Assembly: GCA_002633005.1 (NCBI GenBank)
Contig: NMRA01000044.1
Coordinates: 716,074-780,073 of the forward strand
Length of the DNA stretch: 64,000 nucleotides
Origin: Phoronis australis
Taxonomy: Eukaryota > Animalia > Phoronida
Direction: 5' to 3'
Below, piece by piece: positions 12,745 to 26,404 of the stretch. A program made the position numbers and the translations under genes. Within the stretch, counting starts at the first letter, position 1, and the number at the start of each line of letters is the position of its first letter. The notes under the pieces are model-generated. The model did not search any database, had not been told where the DNA came from, and saw nothing but the letters and a program-made list of their open reading frames with translations.

Positions 12745-13789
12745 TTAAGTGGTAACATATGAAACGGAAAACTCAAGAGCGTTGAAAATTTGAACACAGT
12801 CGTGTTCGTGTAAAAGTTGTAAACAGGAATGGTAAGTTACGATCAAATATTGAAAAATATTGACGGCCTGTTCACTCATTTTAATGAAATCTGCAACCTA
12901 TTCATTACCCGTAAGTTGTACGGCTGTAAGTTGACTAATAGAATCTTGCATTTTTGGAAGAACTCGTTTTAAAAGATATGCCTGGGGGAGTGGCACTACT
13001 GCAATGTACTTGTGCCCTTTCGAAATTTTCTGCAGTTTTATATCAAAATAAAAAAACTAACAGTATATTGCCGCAATTTAGGTCTAAATTAGTTCAAATC
13101 TGATGTATTTTGATTCGAAAACAGATTAATACTATTCATAAATAAGAAGTGAAAGTAAGTACAACCTTTATTTCAGACAATAACTAAAACAATGCTTTCT
13201 GTCGCACGAATGGCTGCAATGTGAAAATAATTACCGTCTGCTTTTGTTCAATGACGTTAAGGCATCGGTCAATCATTGCGCAGAAAGTAATTCCCACAAC
13301 CTCAAATGGTTAAACCGATAAGTGCCATCTTGAGGCTTGGAGTTGAAAAGGTCACATCAATGTCAATTGTGTGTAAACTACACAGAGCAAAGCCATCAAT
13401 TGATGCTCATAAGACTTTTTGTAACGGATTGTGAAGTATTTTCAGGGATCTTAAAATGGTAACAAAATAGACATTTTTGGGAATAAATAGAATAAATAAA
13501 AAGTCGCTTCTGAAAATATTTATTACAAGAAACTGAAGTCCTACAAGCAGCTGTAATACTTGTGTTAACAAAGGATGGAACATTTATATCTTGCAGATTA
13601 TGCATTTCAAATAAGTTTCGTGTTAGAATGGTACACACTGTCTTAAGGTAATTCCTACTATGCATAACTTATCTGGAAAGTGTAAAGTGGAGTCTGTTAG
13701 TTTGTACTCTAAGATACTAAGCAGGCGTTGTTTTATTTCAAAGATTGTGATCAAGGAGCACAGTAATGCAAATGCAAGCTTTATAGTCA

Positions 13790-14658
13790 AGTTTTGCAGT
13801 ATATCAGCCTTTGTGCATGGCATTGCTTTCGGTGTCTGCCATCCTTGTTGTTGTGTACCTTTCGTTCTTATTCTTATTGCAATGGGTTAAAATTGTCATT
13901 TGACCAGCATCCACAGCTGGCCATCCTGCCTTCCAGCCTTTGTGTGTGGATGTCGGTGTCACAATCTGGTAGTGAAAATATGATGATGTTGATTAAAATG
14001 CCATAATAAAACACAGCTGTTCCAGGATATATTGTATTCTGTCTATAGATATGCACAACAACCACCAGATCCAACCCATGGCATTAATATACATGAGGAC
14101 TTAAGTTGATTTTGTGTGAAGTAGAGCGATAATCACATTAACAATGACTTCAACAGTAACTCTTTGTAGCGTGGTAGATAATCGACCTCTGTATCAGTGA
14201 GTGTGATATTGTTAAAAAAAACTGCTGGAAACCTTTAACATTAGACCAAATTGATATCTGCATTTGAAAACCACACTCTGGTTTTGTTGTCAAAATACGT
14301 GGTTACCATGACAATGATGGACATATCAGGTTGATAGCAGCAGTTTTAACGGAGGAACGTAAAAATGCTTTGAGCTTGCCATCAAACTTGAAATTGTTGA
14401 TAGTTGCAGAAAAATTGCACGATTGGCATGACCACGATGCACTTTTGAGTTTGATAATTCCCTTAATTTAAAGGGAGGTTACAAGAAGTTTTGTTAGCAT
14501 GGTTGTCCGTTTCTAATATGGTTTTGCCATCAAACCAAGAATTGCCGATTTTGGTCGGTTGAGTGACACACAATATATAATTTGACCGAGTGAATTTCCC
14601 TTGGTATGTTACTTGCCAGTTTCTACCATTTAAATTTAGTTACAATTTTGCACGCCAA
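13790..14658. repeat. 3' flank duplicated in copies 2, 3 and 4 (also ~25580-26404 and ~39360-40186)
   Basis: Shared anchors gtgtgtggatgtc, ccatggcattaata, gacttcaacagtaactctttg and ttgccatca. Confidence 0.85.
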
Positions 14659-17600
14659 TCAGACACCGCATTTCACAGTGGCTGGATATTCACACCGGCA
14701 CGATTTGGTGCTGAACAGCAGACTTGCCGGGCAGGGTTGAGTGACGGCTTTATGTCCGGTGACAGAGTGTTGGAATGTGGAGCAGCCGCTGTTTGGCACG
14801 TAGTGATTCAGAATGCCAGCTATCGTCTGATCACAAAACAGGGGGTCGGCAACGGCTGAAAGAATAATGACAATTATTATAGAATTACAATAGCAGCTGT
14901 CGACATTCGGTCACCCTGTTTCTGAGTCGTACCAGCTCCCGGTTCTAGTTTTACCCCTTTTTTAGAAATGTACTAGTTACATCACGCTCTCTTCGACTTT
15001 CTTCTTCGCATTAACTCACGAAGCGGGTACATTTTACTTTTAATCACTTGGAAATCCAAACCAAAAGCGACATTTGTTTTTAACGCCTTTTTAACTTACC
15101 CCCACATACACGAGAAGTTAGGGAGTTAACCAAGTCGGCCAAGTTGCTCACTGAAAGCCAGAAAACGTGCTCCGGTGAGTCACCGATGGCTGAAATCTCA
15201 TCCCGTCCGTACTGCGAGTTGCCGGTACCAATAGCATACAGCGATATTTCTTTCTGGCGTGCTTTTTCCGAGTAATGTTTTGCTGCATACCGTCCCGTCC
15301 GTCCGTCAGTCACCACAATACCAATCTTCTTTGCATTTGCTCTACCCCCTCTTGCAGCACTGAAGTACGTTGTATACATCTCCTCAATAGCTATTCCACT
15401 GGAAAAGCTCGTGGCACATGATTTAATCGCGGGATAAGATGGATTCTTTAAAGCCTGCAGAATTAAAGGGTGTTAAAAATGCTATTCAACCATGTTGAAA
15501 TCAATTACATCTCAACATTTTTTACACTAGCTATTTTTGTGAAGCTCGAGGCACAGTATTTAAGCGGTGGAAAAAATGAATCCTTTAAAGCCTACAAAAT
15601 TAAAGCTCGTTAAAATGCTAATAAATCATGTTGCAGATCATTACCAGGTATACGTATATGTCAAATTTTTACTGTAACCATAGCAATGGGAAATGACCAA
15701 AATACTAATTGTTTAACTGGTAGAATGCATTTCATAAAGCTTAATTTCATCAATCTTGTTAATCTGCGTGAGCCAGTTAGTGACTAGCGGTGAAGGAAAT
15801 CTTCAGTAAAATCAGTTAACAGGCGTAATTCTAATAGTTAGTTTGACAAAACAAATTGTTAGTAGAAGTCACAACAAAGGTTTGAGAAATGTGCTCTGAA
15901 CTTCGATAAAATTGTAATATGTACATCAAATACGTAGCACACTCCGAAACACTTTAGTCGTCCGCCTAAGCATAAAACCGGCTTGTTGTCTTACTCACCC
16001 AATTATTCCACTTCAAAGTTATGATCTGAATAGGACTTGATTTAACTCTCACAAATATATAGTATTCGTTGATTCAAACGTTTTCTTTTACTTAAGCCGA
16101 GTTGTTCAACTGTGCATTGGTTTTCGGCAGCCATTTTATAATGACACCTATGGTCGTCATGTGCTGCCGCCTTTTGAAAGGACAGAAAACCACACAGAAA
16201 AAGGCCAAGAAAATAGTGGAAAGTGGTTTACAGCAACTCTACTTCAACCACAAACTGTTTTACTGGTATGATATCGATTTTTAAATCGATTAAAATTGAT
16301 TTAGAATTTCAGTTCTGGAAAATAAATCACAATTGTTTTATTCCAGGCAGACCTTACTTATTTTGTATTTGTGACCTCTTTATTTGACTTTTTGCTCTTG
16401 TTGTTCTTAACATCACTTATCTCTGCTGTCCTTCTTTTTCTTTTCAGTTTCTCTTCATTCTCTGTTAACACCTTGTCAGCCAAAACAGAACTGTAAGCCT
16501 TTGAGACTTGGTAGGCGGAAGTTGATCATTGAACCTCGATACAATTGTTCTAATAAATTACCCATAATTGTATTGTTTGATTTTTTCTCATCTTTAACAG
16601 GCTTCTGCATTCATAAATAAATAAATAAATACCCAAGTTGCATTTGAATTTTATTGCTCAATCTCTTCTTTTATTTTTGATTATGTCATGCTGTGTTGTA
16701 TGTAACAAATGCAATATAGTGAAATAAAGTCAATGTTTTACTTTATTGGTGGCCATTCTCTATCAATTCAAGTATTTTAATTTTCTTCAAATAAATTCAA
16801 AATGCTTTAACCAAAATTTTCAACATAAATGTTGAGTTCAGTACTGTGTTTTGCAATAAAAAAACAAGTGAACAATATTTTGATGACCAAGGCGTGGGCC
16901 GAAACTGTTAAGCACCCAGCGTGTTCCATTTGTCTGCTGCGTTTTTCCTTTGGCCTAACAGATGTCGGTTAGTGCCTGGGACAAATAGATACATTGCATA
17001 AACAATCCCTGGGTTGCTTTTTGTTCCGTTTGAAGAAAATTTAATTTCGAAAATATCTTCTGAAAATGAACAAAAAAGTGCATTAGTAAAATCAACAAGT
17101 TTTTAAGTGGTCTCAAAAAAACAGTCGGTAAATGCATTAATTTTAGTCTCAGTTCTTCCACGCGTGTTTCTCCCGAGAGGTTAGTACCTAACGTGCAGAC
17201 GAGCGTTCCAAATTGGAACGCTAAGTCCCGCGTGGCAGCGCTGCACGCGAAACAAGATGGCGGACGACCTTTGGAGACTGACGACGAGAGGTAATCGGAC
17301 TACATTTTAGTTCTACAGCGTAACACTACAGAAACAGCAAAAACGAAGCGTAAAAACATAATGGTAGACATGTATGAGTTATTCGCCACTACTGGATCCC
17401 TTCTCACTTTGGCCCAAAACAATGCTTTAGGGCATAATCCTGTAAAACCAAAAAGCAATTTTGAAAATCTTTAGTAACTACTACGCCGACACGTGTGACG
17501 AGTGTTTGGCGCTGTGGAATAACCAGCAAACTTGACCGGGTCCAATTTGGAACGCAATGAAAACGAGTTTTAGCTTTACAATACCTTTGTCTTTCATGGG

Positions 17601-20600
17601 ATTAATTGTCACGCAACAGCAGGTCCACAAAATTGAACGCGTTGTATCGCGCTAAGTAGATCACGCTGCACGAACTTTTCTTGAGCAATAGCTGTAAAAA
17701 AATCCTTCCAAGGCACGTTTTACTTTGCTGCACATGATTATTTGCAATGAAACTGCTGACATGTGAAAAGTAAAAACAGTCAGGGGACTAAACATAAATT
17801 ATATTTCCATGATCTCCATACTGACTCGGCTCATGTGATTTCAGTACTCGTTTACCCAAAAAACACACTTTGGCAGTCAATAAGCCCATCCTTTGCAACT
17901 CAAGAGTGGCTCAGTATAAAAACCAACAGATAGAGTCTATACCCAAAATCACTGATTTCTTTAAGACTTAGCGCATAAGTTTGGTTTGACGAGACGCATT
18001 AATTCTCTTTTTATGACCTCTACTTCCATTTGCACCAAAATTGAGCACCGAAGAAGATATATTTTAATGCATTTTACTAGCATGTATAGTAAGTTGATAA
18101 CAAATGAGTGATACGGTATGAAAGGGCTACAATTGAATAATTCAATGGCCCAACTTTCAAAATTTCATTTTCAAATTTGTGTGCTATGGTTTTGTGTGGC
18201 AAAAACGACTATTTTGAAGGTTTTCACTGAAGTCATTTTTGGCCAAATTTGGCATTCTGTAGCAACCATGCTTTTTAGAAACTGTTTATGAGGCATTACG
18301 CCACTTGCACTTAGTCGTATTTGCTTGTTCTCAGTTGCCTCAGCCACCAATCGGTGGCTCTTGGAAAACCTAATTAGCTTGCAAAAACACCACCTAAACC
18401 GCTGGGATCTTAGAGAAAATGCAGACAGCATTCTTAATTGAAAATCACACTGATGATCATTGATTATTACAAAAAATTATCTCTATGAATTATGACTTGC
18501 ATGCGTGCTTTGTCTATGATAGATGGCGTCGCTGTCTGTTTCCATGGAGATTGCGGATATGACTAGAAGCCGAACCTGCCTTGCTCTCGTTTTTTATCTT
18601 CTTTATGAGAACCACTGGTATAGAAATGGGATTACCCAATGGGGGGTTATGGCCCTCTGTTTAGTGCAAAAAAATTTGTCAAGTCTGTCACTACTCATTG
18701 CAATATTATTGCGATCATATTGTAAAGTGGCCGCAGGTTGCTACAAATTTTAGTCACCAACGGTTGCCAGATAATTGATGCTTGCACTCCCCCTCCCCCG
18801 TCATTCCAACATCGAGTATATCTGACACTGCGGCAAACATTCATGGTCAGTAAAACCAATTCACGAAAGACAATTTTATTAATGTTTCAGTTCTTGACAG
18901 ACATTAGGTAAACAAAGTTCAACACAAGTAACGGTCTGGACTTCAAACATACCGATTGACTGCCTCTGTGGTATAGCAAGGGGGGGGGATCAGGGGCCCC
19001 GGGAGCCTGCCAAAGGGGGTTTCAAACAGGTGTTGTCTAAGGGGGAACGCCAGGTATCTCTTAACGGGTTACACAATTACCGACTGCGGTGGGATGGGGT
19101 GCCACTTGGGGTTGTTTTCTAGATGTATTGCATGGCCAGTACCAAAACTGAACCAGATGACTTTTGCCCAGTGAGCCAGTCGAAATTAAATTTGAGGATA
19201 TATAAAATTTGTAAATGTAACTCTCTTGCTTTCTTCTACTAGCAGTTTAATTTTAACACTCTTTAGAGTTTTTAAGTGAAAATAAATACCTTTGAAATTT
19301 GAACTTGTAAGAATAGTTATTTGTGAATTTGTAACGTGTGCTTAAAGACAACATGGGGAACAAAGGCCCTTCCTGTTCGTTTAGAGAGTTTTCAATAAAA
19401 AGTGAGATCATGAAAGCTTCGAGTCTAAAGACACTTCAGGACATCTGAGATGCCGTAAAGTGCCTCATACATCAAGGTCAGAGCTAGAGGATGAGCTTCT
19501 ACTACCCAGGGTAGTTAAATTTGTGACTGGACAGGAACAGTTGTGGAGTCAAATCACATGTAAATCGAGGAGAATTTGGTGCCGCTTGCACCAAGAGTGT
19601 CTGTACCCTGAGCATCTGTGTCTAGTGGCAAACTGAAGAAACAAGGCTGATCTATAACATATCGGACTGTGGTGCTGAAGCGCAGCGGCAGAACCATTTT
19701 CAGAATTAGGAGAGTTGGCGTTTTAACTATTGATTGTGTGAGAAAAATGCTTTATGCAGTGGAAACTTGGTCTAGGGAATCCCTGTTGACGGGTAGATAT
19801 CAAGACATATGAGCAGACACTGATGAAAGTAGCTGTAGTTAAAGACATCCAGAGTACACGTTAACTTGATTCAAATCATAAACTTCAAAAATAGAATGGA
19901 CCTTTGTCGACTCAGAGATTAATTTGTACAAAGTGAGGGGAAGCAACATAAGCTGTTTAAACGCTCGCCCTGGGATATTACTGAACCCTATTGCGCTTGG
20001 ACAGAAGTTAAAGTTGGTTGACCACACATGCTCTGGGGGAATCACTGATCCTTCTGAATAAAATGTTAAGTGAAGTGAGCAGACAACTGGAAGTTGTGGT
20101 GGCTGTGGACTCCATCTGTGGACTGTGACTTGAACTACATACCAAGCACCAAAAAGGGGCATTCGGCTTACTCGGCTACGGACGTGTGTAGCAACGTTTG
20201 TCGACTTTTAAACTCGTTTTAGGTATTCCATAAACGGTAGGTGAAAGCAATTTCTGATGCGAATTATTGTTCTTGGGAATCCTAAGACCCCCCTCATCGG
20301 GATGGGGTTAAGAATGAATAGATCAGACATGCCTTAGGGAATCATTGATTGTTCTAGTTAGAATGGGAAGTGGGTTGAACAGATAATCGATAACACTGTG
20401 GTTGCTGTGGACGGCATCCATATACAGAATCTTGGACCAAGTACCAAGCATCAAGGACAAGAGAGTGTGGCCTAACCGGCAGCGGACGATTGTCTGGACA
20501 ATTGTCGTCTTTTACCCTCGTTTCAGTGCTTATTTTTGTACACGGTGTGTGGAAGAGACTTCTGGTGTGGACCATTGCTAGGGGGATACATTGGTCCTTC

Positions 20601-23600
20601 TGTGAGAGAACAAAACAAGCGGAAGAAGTGGTGGCTGCAGAAGCTATCAGTGGGCAGTAACGTGATTCATATGACAACCACTAATGTCAGTTGATTGTGA
20701 CCTACATGGTCATCGACTTCTGCAACCTCTCTTAGAAGAAAGAGCTCCATGACTATATATACATAAGAGGGCCTTCATGGTTTCAAATCTGGTGTTTTGT
20801 GCAATGAATCCAAACTGTTTGGCCTGCGAGCGTCCGATGCAGGTCTATCATCTGAGACCCTGCAACCTATTTTTAGCTTGTTGCGGGTAAAACATCTGTC
20901 ACTTTCGCGGCCATCAACACATATTTTCACACAGGCGTTAACTAGCCTTTAAAATACAGATACGTCTCCTGTTTTTTCACACTGTTAACAAGTCGTTTCA
21001 ACAGTACACATTTCAGCAATTCTCCTTTCACCAAAGCGATTCCTTGAAGCGCGAAAACGCATTGCTGAGCTTAAAGTTTCCGATTCCCCCGAAATCGACT
21101 AAGCAAAAATCTCCACTCTGTTTCGTCATAGTGTTTGCAATAAGCCAATGAGAGACTGCATTGGATTTGACTTTGATAAATTCTCTTGCTGAACGAAGGT
21201 ATTATGGCTAATATCATATCAGGTGTTCCAAAAACTAAGTTATTTTGACAAGTAATTTCTCAGCACCTGTTAAACCGATATTTTAAACTTCCTACCGATT
21301 GTTTCTAGGATATCATCAACAAATGTGCGATCTGTATCCAATTGTCCAAGTACTGTCAAATTTAAAACACCAGCTTAACAATGAAATATCAAAGGCAAAC
21401 TCGCCTATTTCTATCTATGCTCAGTGTGACCTCCATCTTCATTCACGACTAAACAGAGCCGTTTCTTCCATCAAAAAATGCCTTTCCGTATTTCTATCAT
21501 CGAGTTTTCCTTCCGGCTCAGTCAAATTGTCTCTCATTCCCCGGTAAACGTAATCCTTCGGAGAGTCTCATTAGGCATAGTCCACTAGATTGCAGTTAGG
21601 AATCAAATGAGGTCACTCATTCTTTTTGATAAATGTTGGTGTATCCTGCTCCAGACTTGCTTGGATTATTTATGTGTGTAGGAGCCCCATCTTGCTGAAA
21701 CACGTAATGGTTTCCAGGACAAAGTCGCCTGCAATCCGGGAGAAGATTTTCATCCAATAACTGCATATAGCGTTGACTGTTAACTTCGGCTCTATCAGTG
21801 TCAATAAAATGAATATTTGTTCTTCCTTCCCAGGAAACCCAAGCAGAAAATGTCTGGAAGTCTCATGATAGAATCGAGAAGGCTGAATTTCTTGTTTTTG
21901 TTTCCCATCAACACGATCGTTTTGGCGATTTTTAGCAATTTCTAGCATAAAGAATAGCGGTCATGCAAGTATAGGCATCGAGTTTTTGTTTTCCTTCTAA
22001 CATTTTGATCTCTCTGAGATATCGACATTATTTTGAGAGGTGTTAGCTTCAGTTTTCCTCTACTCTTTGCGTATAAGACTTCCTCATTTGTAAGTCGCTT
22101 GCAACTTGTCATAGATTTGTGATTTCCCGGGTTTTTCTGATGGTATTGAATCAGTTCATCAACACGATCCTCGTTTTCTTTCGAACATGCAGTCTTGGGT
22201 CTCCCACTGCCACTTTTTTGCGCAACAGACTCTTTGTTGCACATTTTTGCAATAAGTCTATGGACAGTCGCACGATTCCACGTTATTCCTGGGAACTAAC
22301 TTACGATTCTTCTTCCGCCCACCCTTTCTTTTGAAATAGGTTTCTAAAAGGCATCATTACAAGATGGAATAGTGGACAGAAGTGATCTGGATCCATATTT
22401 TACAATAAAAAATTTGACTTGAGACCCAGGCAGACATTTTGCCGATATTTGCAAGCACATCATGAACACGATGAAAGTCACAGTGATATTGCATTTTTCA
22501 CCCTGATGTGATGAATTTCACAGTGCTTCCGCAATTTTAATATAGATCTGAGATACTAAGTAGACTTGTTAATGACAACCTGAAAATATATTGTGAAAAA
22601 TTTGAAGGACTTCCGTTAGACAATTGCTGAGAAATTACTCGTCAAAAGTGGCTCACTTTTTGGGGGCACATGATATCTGCAGTTATACATATGATACTCC
22701 GGTGATACCGCGCTTGTCATGTAAATCGCCTTGTGACACTACTTTGATGCTCATACTAGTTCTATTACGATGTACGATAAATATCAACTGGCTTGCTTGA
22801 TTTCACTTTGAAAAAATAAAATGTATAGCATTTATACATCTAAATAAAACAAATAATCAAACAAACAGACGTTTAGTGGCAGTAGTCGAAGGTTAACAAA
22901 ATTCCTTGATTGCTTTAGATGAAAGAGTCGGACAGGTCCTATAAGATATTTGCACTTTAACGTCGATTTTCTCTGCTACTCGGTATACATGTTTTTGCCT
23001 GGGAATGATACGAGTATGTATTAAAATCTTTAGAAACTTCGCCCTATTTCAGCAACTTAGGCTATGTGCCCCCCGACCTCTGCTATGCTTATAGCACATG
23101 TATCACTGGCTGGTGTAGGATGTCGTCAGGGGGAAGGCGACGACCACAATTTTCGAAGCAAAATGTCCACGTTTGCCGTAGAAACTGACGTGATCCGCGG
23201 GGAACTGGGCCCCTAAATCCGGCTACACTTTCATTTTTGGTATTTCTGCCTCTACTTCTAGACAAATGTTAAGACAACTGACTTCAAATCCCGGCTAAAA
23301 TGTTGATTTAAAAATACAAGGAAAATATTACTGAAACCCGGAATTGTGTCCCAAAAAACGTTTATCTCGTTGTGAGTTTTCGTTCATTTATACATATAGG
23401 TCAGTGATCTTGTACCGACTCCAACGTAAACACCGCGGAAACTGTTGATTACCTTGAACAAACAGGGAACTTACGCTCAGCAACGTAGCTCTGGTTCTGA
23501 ATTGGTCCAAATCAAAACACTTTCCGGTGAAGGGAAAGGAAATGACCCCAACTTGGAATGCGTCCGGTCCAATCTCAAACCCTGACACGGTGTCGTGTAA

Positions 23601-23974
23601 CACCGAAAGTATATTTTCATAGTTCTTGTTCATGCTGCGTGAATTGTCGATCGCAATAATGACGTCCGCTTCACCGTTGCAGAGGGATTCAACTGAAACA
23701 CGAAAACTGTGTAGGGTCCAATATTCTCCATCGAGAGTTGGAAGTTTTTAATTTGTAACAGTGTGGGTACATGGTTTGAAATAAGTCTTTCAGTAGCACA
23801 CTTTTCCTCGTTGCAATAAATAACTCAGAACAGATGTAATCAAGCTGTGACGCACACAAATTTGCATTATTCACAATATGTGCAACTGCGACGCATTTAT
23901 TTTTCGTTTAAAGACGAGTTTAAAAACTTACCTTGACTCACAAGAAGCAAGCCAATGACGAACGTCACATACAT
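14659..23974 (-). CDS. Secreted VWA + chitin-binding type-2 domain protein, copy 2, 270 aa
   Basis: Exons 23974-23932 (MYVTFVIGLLLVSQ), 23692-23475 (DNSRS motif), 15454-15100 (ALKNPSYPAIKSCATSFSSG...VVTDG...SRVCG) and 14855-14659 (FCDQTIAG...CPASLLFSTKSCRCEYPATVKCGV*). GT-AG; 813 nt in frame. The middle intron is expanded to ~8 kb by insertions. Confidence 0.85.
21218..22674 (-). mobile_element. Decayed Tc1/mariner-superfamily DNA transposon in copy 2 intron
   Basis: Imperfect ~50-bp TIRs (atcaggtgttccaaaaa...gtaatttctcagca / tgctgagaaattac...tttttgggggcacatgat) in TA context. Broken transposase on the minus strand: GSGRPKTACSKENEDRVDELI, RQNDRV, YVFQQDGAPTH, KNE*P...CNLVDY. Confidence 0.85.
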
Positions 23975-24216
23975 CTTCACTGTGCGCAACAGGAGAGGGA
24001 AAACTGAGTTTGCCGAAAGTTAATGTACTTTTCTGGTTGACTACAAACAAAAGGAATTGACCAACACAATAATAAAAACACAAAGCCCAAATAAGCCTCT
24101 GTTAATGAATTGCATTTTCAGTTAAACTGTTTTAACAAGTGGTACAACTGTACAGTTTTATGCTTATAAAAAACGACCCACAATATTCACCCAATGAAAA
24201 TGTAACTGAAACTCAC

Positions 24217-24283
24217 CAGTCCTTTCTTCAGCACGCAACTTTTCTGCAAGATGTAGTCGCAGGGTTAGACACTTTCTTTTATA
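24217..24283 (-). promoter_or_regulatory. TATA box and non-coding exon 1, copy 2
   Basis: TATAAAAG at 24283-24276; donor ggactg|gtgagt at 24217/24216. Confidence 0.7.
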
Positions 24284-26404
24284 CATTCAGCAAAATGTGT
24301 TCCACATGTCTAATTGGTGTCACAAGGCCCTTCCATTTACCACACGAAACGCATTTTTAATTACCCATGTTTTCTAGATGACTATCATTAGCCTCGGCTT
24401 TTGTGCCGATTACGTATTTTCACGTGAGTGAAATATTTGTATCACACATTCAAGCTATGGTCCACAATTTTGCGCCAACTCCCGTGCAATAACCGCGTCG
24501 AGTAACCCTACACTAACCTTGCAGGTTTTTCCACGGACACATGGCACGGTCATTGAACGGGCTGATCAAGTTATTAGTAAGCCATCACATTTAGAACAAA
24601 TGGCCTGAAACTGGTGGGACTCAGATACTTTCAACTGACTTGTGTTGTTAAAAATGTTGCCCAGCTGCGACGTCCAATAGAGCGCAGCATGGTGCTTGTG
24701 TTTTCTACTGTGAAATGGGTCTATGAGCTTAGTCCGTTCGGAATATTCACTGACAAGTCTACATTTTTGGTAACGTGGAGTTCTGTACGTATACTCCGAT
24801 TCTAGTATACGACTTTTGACCTACTGACTAATACACTCTATTCCGGAAACCATGTGACTTTTGTGGAATTCAGAGTATTCACGTATTGCATTGGTACGGG
24901 CATTGTTGATAGGTTCTCAAAAATTTTATGCAATCTCGAGTCAAAAATGACGAATAATTTATTAGTCACCGATCTCTTAAATTCTATTAAAATCAATTGT
25001 TATTTTCTGTCTACAAAAGGTACATGCACACTCCGTTTTCTCGTATAATAAAAATTACACTTTATGGAGACGGTTTCGGGGATGGTTACGCCATGTTTAA
25101 TACTCAAGCCTAGTGCAAAGTACGTCAGCACCATTGTAAACACAATTGTGCTGCGCGAGCACCCACACGACCCGCTGAATGTCTGTCTGACATAGACTTT
25201 TTTGCCCACAACATGCGTGAAAGAGCGTGTAAAAGAATAGCTTACAGTGGGCGGCAATCCATGCTGAATCTTGAAGTGGCGTTATTTGACTCCTTTTTCT
25301 GAAGCACGGGACTGTACATTTTTCTGAAAAATACTTCAACTAAATAGAAAACCTTTCCAGGCATGTTTTGACCTAGCACTCAACAGCCGAGAGAATTAGC
25401 TGCAAATTTCTTGGAAACAGATTGGTGTAAAGGAGCCACGTTGTGTAAAAACATGACCGTCCAAGACAAGTTTTCAGTTCTTTACGTTAGACGTTTACTG
25501 ACATTACTGCAAAAACGTTTGGGACGAAACAAAATTAATGAACCTTTTTCAATATTTTTGTATCAAGGAGATGTCGTTTTTGCAGTATATCAGTATCTGT
25601 TCATGGCGTTAATTTTGGCGCCTACCATACTTTCTATTGTGTACCTTTTGTTGTTATTCTTATTGCATTGGAGTAAAATGTCATTAGTCTGATCATCCAA
25701 AGCTGGCCAACCTTGTCTTCCAGTCTGTGTGTGTGGATGTCAGTGTCAAAATCCTGTGGGATAAATGTTATGATTAAAGTGCCACAATAAAAACGCAGCC
25801 GTTCCAGGGTATATTGTATTCTGTCTATAGATATGCACAGAAACCGCCAGGGTCAACCCATGGCATTAATAAACAGGCTGTTCGAAGTTGATTTTTTTCA
25901 AGCAGACCAATAACAACATCATCAACAAGGACTTCAACAGTAACTCTTTGAAGCGTAGTAGATGATTGACCTCTGGATCAGTGTGTTGGATGCTGTTCAA
26001 AAACTGCCAGAAACCTTTAACAATAGACCAGATTGATATCTGCATTTGAAAACCACGCTCTGTTTTTGCTGGCAAAATACCTGGTTACTATGACAACGAT
26101 GGACACTCAGCTTGATAACAGCAGTTTCAACGGAAGTCTGTAAAATGCTTTGAGCTCGCCATCAAACTTGAAATTGTTGATAGTTGCAGAGGTTGAAAAG
26201 ACCACGATGCACTTTTGAGCTTGACAATTCCCTAAATTTCAAGTGATTTTAGAAGAACTATTGTGAGCATGGTTACCTATTACTAATATAGCTTTGCCAT
26301 CAAGCCAAGAATTCCTCATTTTGGTCGGTTGACTAGCACTCAATCTTTAATTTGACGGGTACATTTTCCTATCATTTCAATTGATTTAAAATGTCGCACG
26401 CCAA

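Noticed and set aside
19380-20870. Possible decayed LTR-retrotransposon fragment (two CGxCG motifs at ~20096 and ~20397)
   Set aside because: No recognisable RT or integrase motif and no LTRs found; too degraded to call.
25866-26075. ORF also seen at 39642-39833
   Set aside because: Non-ATG start, within the duplicated 3' flank; the third copy near 14.1-14.3 kb is not reported as an open frame.
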